The notes: a model not told the origin generated them from the sequence alone. Positions 5,896 to 14,762 are shown, numbered from the stretch's first letter. The stretch is DNA of 15,654 bases from a candidate division WOR-3 bacterium (GCA_039802265.1 JBDRWI010000053.1:1-15654), one strand, 5' to 3'. Numbers and translations are program-made.

Positions 5896-8436
5896 CTACT
5901 TTTTGTAGTATTTTGAATAATACTTATAGTAATAGTGATAATAATAACTTCCTGATTTTGGTGGTGCACCATTTATCACCACACCAATTATTTCTGCGTG
6001 TGCCGATTTCAGTATATCACTGGCATTCTCCAGTTCTTTAAATCCAGTCTTGCTATACATTGCAGTAATCAGGACACCGTCACAGAACCGCGCCAGGTAT
6101 GTGGCGTCAGCAAAGAGCAGGATAGGCAGACCATCAATAATGATATAGTCATATTCTTTCTTGAGTTTCTGCAATATCTGATTCATCTTCTCCGATTCAA
6201 GGAAGATAAATGGATTCGCCGGAATATTACCAACGGGCAGGAGGTAGAGGGTGACGGAGGTATCCCGGGCTATCTGCTCTTTGTCTTCCTCGGCACTGGT
6301 CGCCTGGTAATGAATGACCGTGGATTCCAAATTCGCATTTCCGCTCAGAATATCAAATATACCATTTGCCTTTTTCATCTTTAAGACATCGGTGAGATGC
6401 CCCCGCTTTTTACGAAAGTCGGTATCAATTAAAAGGACTCTCCTACCGGCATTTGCCATCACATAACCGAGATTCAGGGCAACAAATGTCTTACCCACCT
6501 CTGGACCGGGTGATGCGATATAGATAACACGGTACTGCTTCTCCGGATGGGCAAATTCAAGGTGAACCGATAGTTTTCGGAATGCCTCAAATTCGGCGGA
6601 TGAACGGTCCTGGACAAATTCCAGTAAACGCCGGAGCCTGGGTGATTCCTTCAATCCCAGAAGATTTGCCGAGATTTGTCCGATATACTCAAGACTCAGA
6701 CTTGGTTTGATTCTTTTCTCCTCAGCATTTAGCAGAGAAGGGATTGTGCCATAGATTGAGAGATTAAGTCGCTCCTTGATTAGTTCCGGGTCCTTTATTG
6801 TATTATCAAAATATTCAACGACAAAGACAACTGCAGTGCCAATCAGCACTGCAAAGAAGAAAGACAAAAATATTGAAAGCAAAACCCGACGGGGATTGAC
6901 CGGGGTATTCTGGACAAACGGCGGATTTATCAGTTTGATGTCCGATGTTACTCCTGCCTCCTGGACCCGCGTCTCTTCAAGTTTCTCGGAAAAGAATGTA
7001 TACAACTTCTCGGCGGTTTCCTTATCCCTTTCCAGCCGGGCAAGGTTGATTTCATCCGATGGGATATTCTCAAGTTTGAACTGCAATGCCTTTATCTGAT
7101 TTGCCACACCCTGGATATCGGTCTTGATTGTCCGGACCCGACGCCCTATCTCATCCTTGAGTTGTTCTTTTAGCCCATCGTATTTTGCCTTGAACTCGGC
7201 ATACCTGGGATGGTTTGTTGAATACTCCTTTAATATCCCTTTCAGGTCGGCATCAACCTGAATTAACTGAGAGTATAGTTGCTGGATAATGGGTTCGGAG
7301 ATCATGGTCGTGGCAAAATTCAATGGCAGGGTGCTCAAGGTATCGGCTGAGAGGTAATTGTTAATATCGTTGAGAATCTCCTCTTCAATCTCCAGTTGAT
7401 TCTTTCTTGACTCTAATGTTGATATCTGATTTATAAGGGCCTGGGTTGATGCCCTTAAATCGGCAATCTTTTTGGTTTCTTTAAATAGCCTTATTCTTTC
7501 TTCAAGTTCATTCAAACGCGCCTGATATAAATTGAGTTGTGACTCAATGAAATTCCGGGACTGGACAAACTGGAGGCTCTTTTCAAGGATATTTTCTTTT
7601 ATCAGATAATCAGCAAGGGCACGGGCAATCTGCAGCCCCTGCTTTTTGTCTCCCCAGTAGAATTCAATCCTTAAGATACCAATAAGACTCATCCCCGGAA
7701 AGATTGTCTTGGCGGTAACTGCCTTTTTCCCTGCCTGCTCACCAGAGACCGGCACACCCGAGCGATCGCCCGCCCTTTCAACCTTGTCTGCCTCAAGGAC
7801 CTTTACGGCAATTGAGTTGCGCAGGGCAACTGCCATGCGATGCCGGGGATAGAATGAAATTGAATATGTCTTCGCGAGATTTGGGGTATGAAACGAATCA
7901 ATTGTAAACTCAAGTGCCCCAAGATTGATGTATTCACCAAATTTCTTCTCAATTGATTCGTTATTTACCCTTAATGCAAATCCCCGGCCATTTTCCAGGA
8001 TCCTCAGGATATAAGGACCCAGAGGCTGGTCAAAATCGTGCCTAATCTGCACTTTTATTGCTAATTCCGAACCGCCTTCCTTGACAAATGTATAAAGACC
8101 AAGGCTATCAACAACCTTTTCGGAAAGTTTCAGGCTCAAGAGGGTGGCGATTACCCGCTGGGTCACGGTACCGATCTGGGTCGTGGGTGCCTCGCTGGTG
8201 CTACCAAAGAATCCCTCTACCGGACGATTCTCGGCAATGCCGACATCAAAACTGGAAAGGTATATTGGTGTATAGGGTCTTGATACACGGAAGAGAAGAA
8301 TCACTAAAAAGACAGGAAGGGCAAATATGAAAAATAACCGGCGCCGCCGGAGAAACTTATACCACAATTCCTGAAGGCTTAATGGTTTCTCTGCTTCAAG
8401 AAGATACTCTGCGGGTTCGCTATCACCTTGTTTCAT
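5896..8436 (-). CDS. wzc: Polysaccharide co-polymerase / bacterial tyrosine autokinase (Wzc/GumC-CapB type)
   Basis: N-terminal TM, periplasmic coiled coil and second TM after PVNPRR. Kinase motifs EAFRKL, Walker A SPGPEVGKT, Walker A' LIDTDFRK, Walker B YIIIDGLP, IIGVVIN and a C-terminal Tyr cluster. Confidence 0.9.
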   Translation of the reverse strand: MKQGDSEPAEYLLEAEKPLSLQELWYKFLRRRRLFFIFALPVFLVILLFRVSRPYTPIYLSSFDVGIAENRPVEGFFGSTSEAPTTQIGTVTQRVIATLLSLKLSEKVVDSLGLYTFVKEGGSELAIKVQIRHDFDQPLGPYILRILENGRGFALRVNNESIEKKFGEYINLGALEFTIDSFHTPNLAKTYSISFYPRHRMAVALRNSIAVKVLEADKVERAGDRSGVPVSGEQAGKKAVTAKTIFPGMSLIGILRIEFYWGDKKQGLQIARALADYLIKENILEKSLQFVQSRNFIESQLNLYQARLNELEERIRLFKETKKIADLRASTQALINQISTLESRKNQLEIEEEILNDINNYLSADTLSTLPLNFATTMISEPIIQQLYSQLIQVDADLKGILKEYSTNHPRYAEFKAKYDGLKEQLKDEIGRRVRTIKTDIQGVANQIKALQFKLENIPSDEINLARLERDKETAEKLYTFFSEKLEETRVQEAGVTSDIKLINPPFVQNTPVNPRRVLLSIFLSFFFAVLIGTAVVFVVEYFDNTIKDPELIKERLNLSIYGTIPSLLNAEEKRIKPSLSLEYIGQISANLLGLKESPRLRRLLEFVQDRSSAEFEAFRKLSVHLEFAHPEKQYRVIYIASPGPEVGKTFVALNLGYVMANAGRRVLLIDTDFRKKRGHLTDVLKMKKANGIFDILSGNANLESTVIHYQATSAEEDKEQIARDTSVTLYLLPVGNIPANPFIFLESEKMNQILQKLKKEYDYIIIDGLPILLFADATYLARFCDGVLITAMYSKTGFKELENASDILKSAHAEIIGVVINGAPPKSGSYYYHYYYKYYSKYYKK

Positions 8437-8456
8437 TTAACTACTCCATTATAAGG

Positions 8457-8490
8457 ATTATATAGAAAAATTCTATCCTGTCAACAGGAT
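8457..8490 (-). promoter_or_regulatory. Promoter TTGACA-16-TATAAT for the wzc-like gene, with -35 inside the palindrome ATCCTG-N4-CAGGAT
   Basis: -35 at 8479-8484, -10 at 8457-8462, palindrome at 8475-8490; GGAG RBS before ATG 8436. Confidence 0.72.
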
Positions 8491-8566
8491 TTTATCATTT
8501 GCATCCGGCGATTTCTTTTCTCAAATTATATCAACGCCGAAACAGCGATGGAGATTTATATCAATA

Positions 8567-9652
8567 CTATATCGTCTTCGTTACAATCAATTCTTTTAAT
8601 TCAATACCGGAACTGCCCAGTACCCGGCTGACCTGACCATCACGGAAATATCGCTCAACCGGATAGTCCTTCATATAGCCGTAACCACCATAGACCTGAA
8701 TCGCATTGGTCGTGACCTCAGCAACCATTTGATTGCTTAAATAACGGGCTAAAGCAGCGGCGCGGGTAAAGTCTTTACCATTATCCCTGATCACTGCTGC
8801 ATCGTAGAGCAAAAGCCGCACCGATTCAATCTGGGTTGCCATATCGGCAATCATTTCCCGGACCATCCCAAAGTTGATGATTGGTTCGCCAAACTGTACC
8901 CGCTCCTTTGCATATTTTATTGCATTCTCCATAGCGGCCTCTGCGATACCGAGATTCAGTGCGGAATAACCGAGATTGGAAAATAATTTCAGCTCAGCCA
9001 TTATGGAATTCCCCTCGCCTTTAAGTTGATTTAGAAGTGGCACAGTGCAATCATCAAAGATAATCTCATTGATACCGCCCGCATTCATACCAATGATATT
9101 ATTCTTCCTGTTTCTTTTTATCCCGGTGATTGTATCATCAATAATCAGGGCATTGACCTTGCCTGCAGATTCAACAAATAATATGAACGGTCCACAGGCA
9201 TCGCCATTGAGCAGGATATGATTTCTGCCGGTGATTCTATAGCAACCATTCTCTTCTTTTACGGTCAGTTCATTTGTAGCAAATTCTGCAAACCCGCCAA
9301 TAACCCTTCCGCTGGCGGCATCCGGCAGGTATCTCTTTTTCTGCTCTTCATTACCAAATTTGACAATGGTATGGGAGAATAATATATTGTGGGCAAGAAG
9401 GATGAGTGCGGTGGAAGGGCAGACCCTGCTTATCTCTTCAAGGCCTACCAGTAATGAAACGGTATCAAGGAGACAGCCACCATAGACTTCAGGTATTGTG
9501 GCACCACAGAGGCCCATTGCACCGAGCTGGGTGATAATCTCCTTTGGATATATCCAATTTTTGTCAAATTCATCAACCTTTTCGGCAATAACATCCCTTG
9601 CAAACTTTCTCACCTCACTCTGTAATAACTGAACCTCTTTACTCAATTCCAT
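8567..9652 (-). CDS. Acyl-CoA dehydrogenase family protein, likely non-catalytic subunit
   Basis: ACAD fold motifs PEVYGG, RVQFGEPI, QVYGGYGYMKDYPVERYFRD. Lacks TEP..GSD and the YEGT catalytic Glu. Start placed at ATG 9652 after AAGGAG. Confidence 0.88.
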   Translation of the reverse strand: MELSKEVQLLQSEVRKFARDVIAEKVDEFDKNWIYPKEIITQLGAMGLCGATIPEVYGGCLLDTVSLLVGLEEISRVCPSTALILLAHNILFSHTIVKFGNEEQKKRYLPDAASGRVIGGFAEFATNELTVKEENGCYRITGRNHILLNGDACGPFILFVESAGKVNALIIDDTITGIKRNRKNNIIGMNAGGINEIIFDDCTVPLLNQLKGEGNSIMAELKLFSNLGYSALNLGIAEAAMENAIKYAKERVQFGEPIINFGMVREMIADMATQIESVRLLLYDAAVIRDNGKDFTRAAALARYLSNQMVAEVTTNAIQVYGGYGYMKDYPVERYFRDGQVSRVLGSSGIELKELIVTKTI

Positions 9653-9654
9653 CT

Positions 9655-10800
9655 TCACTCCTTTTTGTATCCAATCTCACGGATAATCTCCAGGGCAATC
9701 TGTCCCCGCTGAATCTGGTTTGTGCCTTCATATATCTGGGTAATCTTGGCATCGCGAAGCATCTTTTCTACATTGTATTCTCTTAATAATCCATAGGGAC
9801 CCATAATCTCAATTGCCTTAAGGGTCATCTTCATTGCAATATCAGAAGGGAATAACTTGGCGAATGAGGCCGGCATCGTGGTATTCTTTATACCCCCATC
9901 AATGGCGCGGGCAGCGGCATAAACCAGTGCCCTTGCCGCCTCAATCTCGGTTGCCATATCGGCAATCTGGCGCTGTATGTATTGATTACCAAGGAGATTC
10001 CTGGTCGTAGCAAACCTGAGTACTTCCTCATAGGCTCCCTGTGCTACACCAAGTCCAATTGCACCAACACCAGGACGGGCGCGGTCAAAGTTGCGCATTG
10101 TGTAGATAAATCCCATCCCTTCTCTTCCCATAAGATTTTCCTTCGGAACTTTGCAGTCAGAGAAGACAAGTTCGGTTGTGGTTGAGGTTCTTATTCCCAA
10201 TTTATTTTCGTGTTTGCCAAATTCAAATCCCGGCATTCCTTTCTCAACGATAAATGCTGAGATACCCCGGGGACCCCGGGTTCGATCCGTTGAGGCAAGC
10301 ACAACATAGACATCGGCAATACTACCATTGGAGATGAACTGTTTGACCCCATTTAAGATGTAGTAATCACCCTCTTTACGGGCAGTCGTCTGAATATTTG
10401 CCACATCACTACCGGCCTGTGCCTCGGTTAGACCAAATGCACAGAGCAGCTCACCGCTGGCAATTTTGGGCAGATACCTTCTCTTCTGGTCTTCCGAGGC
10501 AAAATAGATTATTGGTCCTGAACCCAGTGCCCCGACCGCATAGGCGGTGGCAACACCGGCACAGATGCGCGCAACCTCTTCACAGGCGATGCTCATATCC
10601 ATAATCCGGGCACCGGTGCCTCCATATTCCTTTGGGATGAAAATCCGCAATAGCCCTTCCCTTGCCATATCTTCAATTATTGCCCTTGGGAATTCTGCCT
10701 TCTTATCAAGTTCATCACGCACCGGCAGAATCAGGCGCTCCGCTATACTCCGCACCTTTTCTTTCAACTGCCGCTCTTCATCGGTCAAGAAATATTCCAT
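9655..10800 (-). CDS. Acyl-CoA dehydrogenase (short-chain/butyryl-CoA DH-like), catalytic subunit
   Basis: AFGLTEAQAGSD, LNGVKQFISNG, KLGIR and RDAKITQIYEGTNQIQ; GGAGG RBS. Confidence 0.93.
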   Translation of the reverse strand: MEYFLTDEERQLKEKVRSIAERLILPVRDELDKKAEFPRAIIEDMAREGLLRIFIPKEYGGTGARIMDMSIACEEVARICAGVATAYAVGALGSGPIIYFASEDQKRRYLPKIASGELLCAFGLTEAQAGSDVANIQTTARKEGDYYILNGVKQFISNGSIADVYVVLASTDRTRGPRGISAFIVEKGMPGFEFGKHENKLGIRTSTTTELVFSDCKVPKENLMGREGMGFIYTMRNFDRARPGVGAIGLGVAQGAYEEVLRFATTRNLLGNQYIQRQIADMATEIEAARALVYAAARAIDGGIKNTTMPASFAKLFPSDIAMKMTLKAIEIMGPYGLLREYNVEKMLRDAKITQIYEGTNQIQRGQIALEIIREIGYKKE

Positions 10801-10820
10801 ATTCCTCCCTCTATTTTGCC

Positions 10821-10848
10821 ATTTTAATAATTTTCCTTATAAAGTCAA
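10821..10848 (-). promoter_or_regulatory. Promoter TTGACT-16-TAAAAT for the ACAD pair
   Basis: -35 at 10843-10848 and -10 at 10821-10826, 20 nt before ATG 10800. Confidence 0.65.
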
Positions 10849-10852
10849 GAGC

Positions 10853-13372
10853 CTAACGGCTTTTCTGTAATATGTCAATCAAAAATCTTGATGGTAGTTG
10901 TTGCCGGCCTGACCGGTACTTCGGATATAGAAGATATAATCTTTTCTGCGCCCGGGTTACAGCAACATAGCACAACCTCCGCTCCTCTTCCAAATCCTGC
11001 TGGGAGGATAGACTCCGGGTCATCGGAAAGATGTCTTCTGTGAGGTCAACCAAAAAGACCACCGGAAACTCCATCCCTTTGGCACTGTGCACGGTCATAA
11101 GTTTTACGGTATCCTTTGTCCAGTTTGCCAGGTCCATCTCCTGAATTAGTTTCAATTCGCTTAAGAATTTATTAATGGTAATCCCTGAGTCAGAGTAGTT
11201 CCGTGCAAACTCCAGAAATTCATCAATATTCTCCCCCTTCTGCCGTGTAAGACCAACGATTTCACTGATGATGTTATAAGGAGTCAATAGATTTAGATTC
11301 TGGATATGGTGTTCAATAACCTTTTCTGCCTTAACCAAGGCATTCTTTTTGATGCCTAAAATGGCGCATGCCCTTTTTAAAAAATCTTTCTGGTCTTCAT
11401 CCGGGGTATATGCTGAAAGCAACTCCAGATATCCGATAATCGGCTTAAACTCCGCCTTTTCCTGGAATGATACACCGCTGATCAGGGTATAAGGAATGCC
11501 GGACTCTTTTAATCCTTCTTCGTATATCTGGGCAAGATAGTTCATCCGGTATAATATTACAATATCCTGATAGGTAAAATCCAGTTCTAAAAGTTCTTTT
11601 ATCTCCCTTACAATATAGTCAACCTCATCATCGGGTGAGGTCGCGGCATAGACAATTACCTCAGCGGTATCAAGATTGGGTATTGCAGTGGACTCCCGCT
11701 GCATTATGCTGTTTGCCACCTCAAGGATTGACTGGGGAAGTCGGAAACTACGATTTAGATTAAATACCTTGGTCTCGGGAAAGTCCCGGGGGACACGATA
11801 GAGCAATTTTTTATCAGCACCCCGCCAGCCATAGATTGCCTGGTCCTCATCACCGGTAAAAAAGAAGTTATTCCTTACCAAGAGTGAAATAAAAATGTAT
11901 TGTGCCAGATTGATATCCTGGAGTTCGTCAACAAAGAGGTATTCAAAGAGTTCCTGATAGAACTCCCTTAAATCGGGAAATTCCTTCAACAGTTCTGTAG
12001 CATAGATAATCAGGTCGTCATAATCAAGGATGTTGTTTGCCCTCAGATATGACTGGTATTGCTTGTAAACACTCAAACACTGCTCTTCCCACTGATTCCG
12101 GGGTTTGAATCCTTCCGGGGTAATAGCCCTTGCCTTTAATAACTGAATTGCCTTGATGACCGCATTGAGTCGGTATTTGCCGACCTTGAAATCTAAACGG
12201 GCAAAGAGCTTCTTTGGCTCTTCAACAATGAAGTCTTCGCCTATATCAAGTCTTTCTGCATCCCTTCGGAGAATCCTTAAGGCAAGCGTATGGAATGTGC
12301 CAATCCAGAGTTCATAATTGGGCTGAGTTATAAACTGACTGATCCTCTGCCTTATGTCATTTGCCGCCTTGTTGGTAAAGGTACAGACAAGTAGCCTGGA
12401 TGGAGGGATTCCCCGTTCAATCAACCGGCGCACACCATAGGTCAGGGTTGTCGTCTTACCACAGCCGGCCTGTCCCAGGACCAAAAGTTTACCATCAATT
12501 GATTCTATAATCGCCTCCTGCTCCGGTGAAAGGGTAATCTCCTGCGGCTTCTTTGCGATAATGGCAACCGGTTTTTCAATCTTTATACCCCTGCTCTTCT
12601 TTTTTAAACCTTCAAGTATCGACCCGGTATCGGGTCTTGTCTCGGGTGTCGGGCTCAAACACCTGATGACAATGTCATCAAGATAGTCAGGAACATCACG
12701 GCGCACAAGGCTGGGAATGAGAAGTTTCCCCTTTAAAATTTTTTCTTTCAAGCCGTCCAGACTGTCATCAAGGAATGGCGGAACCCCGGTGAGCAGTTCA
12801 TAAAGAATGACACCCACACTCCAGATATCAGATTTTTCACTGTAAGAGCCAGCCCAGGACTCCGGTGCCATATAGATTGGGGTTCCGGCGGTGGAGGCGG
12901 CAAGAGAACCCGATTTAATGAATCTTGCCAGTCCAAAATCGGTTATCTTCACAACATTATCTTCTGTCAACAAGATATTCTCCGGTTTGAGGTCACGATG
13001 GAGCACACCGCGGTTATGGGCATAACTTATTGCCTCCAGTATCTGATTTAATATCCATGTTGCCTGATTGATAGCAATACCCCCCTTTTTTATTATATCC
13101 CGCAATACATTTCCCTTGATATATTCCATTACCAGAACAAACTTATTGTCGATTATATCAATGTTGTAGAAGCGGACGATATTGGGATGATTCAAGGAGG
13201 CAAGGAGTTTTGCCTCATCCTTGAGCATCACAATATCTTCTTTTCGCATCCGGGAGATCTTTAAGGCAAACTCTGATTCAATTATTGTATCATAAGCCCG
13301 AAATACATCGCCAAACCTACCCCCGCCAAGCCATTCAATAATCTCGTATTTACCGAGTTTTTTTAAAAGCAT
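10853..13372 (-). CDS. Fusion of a Hanks-type Ser/Thr protein kinase (aa ~9-256) and a UvrD/PcrA/Rep-like SF1A helicase (aa ~281-839)
   Basis: Kinase: GGGRFG, ALK, HPNIV, HRDLKPEN, DFG, APE, DIWSVG. Helicase: GQAGCGKT, TFTNKAA, GTFH, VDELQD, GDEDQAIYGWRGA, ILYR, LMTVHSAKGMEF, EEERRLCYVAVTRA, PSRF. Single uninterrupted ORF. Confidence 0.93.
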   Translation of the reverse strand: MLLKKLGKYEIIEWLGGGRFGDVFRAYDTIIESEFALKISRMRKEDIVMLKDEAKLLASLNHPNIVRFYNIDIIDNKFVLVMEYIKGNVLRDIIKKGGIAINQATWILNQILEAISYAHNRGVLHRDLKPENILLTEDNVVKITDFGLARFIKSGSLAASTAGTPIYMAPESWAGSYSEKSDIWSVGVILYELLTGVPPFLDDSLDGLKEKILKGKLLIPSLVRRDVPDYLDDIVIRCLSPTPETRPDTGSILEGLKKKSRGIKIEKPVAIIAKKPQEITLSPEQEAIIESIDGKLLVLGQAGCGKTTTLTYGVRRLIERGIPPSRLLVCTFTNKAANDIRQRISQFITQPNYELWIGTFHTLALRILRRDAERLDIGEDFIVEEPKKLFARLDFKVGKYRLNAVIKAIQLLKARAITPEGFKPRNQWEEQCLSVYKQYQSYLRANNILDYDDLIIYATELLKEFPDLREFYQELFEYLFVDELQDINLAQYIFISLLVRNNFFFTGDEDQAIYGWRGADKKLLYRVPRDFPETKVFNLNRSFRLPQSILEVANSIMQRESTAIPNLDTAEVIVYAATSPDDEVDYIVREIKELLELDFTYQDIVILYRMNYLAQIYEEGLKESGIPYTLISGVSFQEKAEFKPIIGYLELLSAYTPDEDQKDFLKRACAILGIKKNALVKAEKVIEHHIQNLNLLTPYNIISEIVGLTRQKGENIDEFLEFARNYSDSGITINKFLSELKLIQEMDLANWTKDTVKLMTVHSAKGMEFPVVFLVDLTEDIFPMTRSLSSQQDLEEERRLCYVAVTRAQKRLYLLYPKYRSGRQQLPSRFLIDILQKSR

Positions 13373-13385
13373 AACAACAATTTTA

Positions 13386-13411
13386 AAAAAGACGCATCAG
13401 CAGGCTGATGC
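13386..13411 (-). terminator. Possible intrinsic terminator
   Basis: GCATCAG-CCTG-CTGATGC hairpin followed by GTC and a T-run on the minus strand, between the 288-aa gene and the kinase-helicase gene. Confidence 0.5.
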
Positions 13412-13443
13412 AGGCTGGAGAAAAGATACTCCGGGATGGGTGG

Positions 13444-14310
13444 TCATTCGGGGAATACCGAGATATGAACGGGTCTATCCGCAAACAAAACTGCCTGTCC
13501 AAGGAATTTTGCTTTTTTGAATCTTAAATGTTCCAGATTTTTTTCGGACATCCCAGTCTTTAGCACGGCGGTGATTTTGTCCATAAAGTCCTCTATATCC
13601 GGGCAGGTTCCACGGCACCTTTGATATTCAATCGCATCCAGGGCATAACTCCGCAATAACTTCTTTTCAAACTTCTGATAGATCTCCGGCGCAGCGAATA
13701 TATCACAGCCGAGGATTTGATTACCTGCCACGCCGATAAATCCAACTGTATTATGATTCAGACCGGAAAATCCTTCAAGATAGCGTTCAACCTCATCCGC
13801 GAGGTTTTCGTAGATTTCATGCATTGAGGATGTCCGGGAGCGAGTTCGGGTCACAGTAAGTTTGCGCTCAATCTCCTTCCAGACAGTCTGCTGGGTGTCA
13901 ACTTTCTTATTAACCGCTGAGGCGAGGATGGAACGAATCCGGGGATATGAGCAGTATCCGGTCTTGAATCCACCGATCTCTTCCCAGCGCCTTTCTTCGG
14001 CACAGATTACCGGGATCTGCCGTTGAGAATGCGCCCGGGCAATGATTGAGCGGGCAACGATGCGGTTCTGCAAGGAACCGGTAATCTCTTCACCATCAAT
14101 CATCAATACCGGTAGTCCACCGCCGTTATCAAATATGATCTTATTGACATCCGGGTTTTTCAATTCGGAAAAACTGCCCTTTTTACTCTCAAGCACCTCG
14201 TCAATTGTCGCAAGATTTAAGTTATTATTATCTGAACCATCCTTTATTGGAAAGATGGTCAGATTTCTCAAAAAGACTGGCTCGGCAAGATTAAAATTTA
14301 AATCCGTCAT
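13444..14310 (-). CDS. ARPP-1 / DUF6569-like protein
   Basis: Recognised from family-like motifs NLTIFPI, VN.....N....PVLMIDGEEI.G..QNRIV, IPVICAE..RW, QQTVW, GCDIF and KLLRSYALDA. AGGAGG RBS. Confidence 0.7.
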   Translation of the reverse strand: MTDLNFNLAEPVFLRNLTIFPIKDGSDNNNLNLATIDEVLESKKGSFSELKNPDVNKIIFDNGGGLPVLMIDGEEITGSLQNRIVARSIIARAHSQRQIPVICAEERRWEEIGGFKTGYCSYPRIRSILASAVNKKVDTQQTVWKEIERKLTVTRTRSRTSSMHEIYENLADEVERYLEGFSGLNHNTVGFIGVAGNQILGCDIFAAPEIYQKFEKKLLRSYALDAIEYQRCRGTCPDIEDFMDKITAVLKTGMSEKNLEHLRFKKAKFLGQAVLFADRPVHISVFPE

Positions 14311-14318
14311 CTTTCCTC

Positions 14319-14762
14319 CTACGGACTATAGAATGCCCCAAAATGGTATACCACAGACCATTCAGTATACCAGGTCCAGTTCCGGCTATAGGCACGGACC
14401 CGCCAGAAATAGTAGCCATTACGATTTATAGTGAAGTTATAAGAAGAATAGTCCACATCAATCAAATTTTCACCGGTCAGGGCACTTGAATCATCTTTGA
14501 CGATTTCCAGTTGATAATATTCAGCACCATTCACACTACTCCAGGTAAGTAAAACATTATGGGGAAAAGGTGTTCCATACCAGATGGCGGTATCGTTTTT
14601 AGGACTAATGAGTTGGGGCGGTGCGGGTGGTGGATAGAGGGAATCAAACTTTGGTTCATAATCGTGGGGGTTCTTACAACCGCCACCGAGGTTCAAAAAA
14701 AAATAGATTGTGCCTGTTAAAATGCACAAATAAAAGATTTTCTTCTTTTTATTCCCTACCAT
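14319..14762 (-). CDS. Putative lipoprotein with a fibronectin-III/Ig-like domain
   Basis: Basic N-terminus, hydrophobic stretch and lipobox-like LGGGC. PQLISP.N, LTWSSV.GA.YYQLEI and YFWRVRA...WS motifs. GAGGAGG RBS. Confidence 0.72.
   Translation of the reverse strand: MVGNKKKKIFYLCILTGTIYFFLNLGGGCKNPHDYEPKFDSLYPPPAPPQLISPKNDTAIWYGTPFPHNVLLTWSSVNGAEYYQLEIVKDDSSALTGENLIDVDYSSYNFTINRNGYYFWRVRAYSRNWTWYTEWSVVYHFGAFYSP

Noticed and set aside
8526..8564. Direct repeat TTATATCAA twice, 30 bp apart, downstream of the ACAD pair
   Set aside because: Short and AT-rich; plausible by chance with no supporting context.
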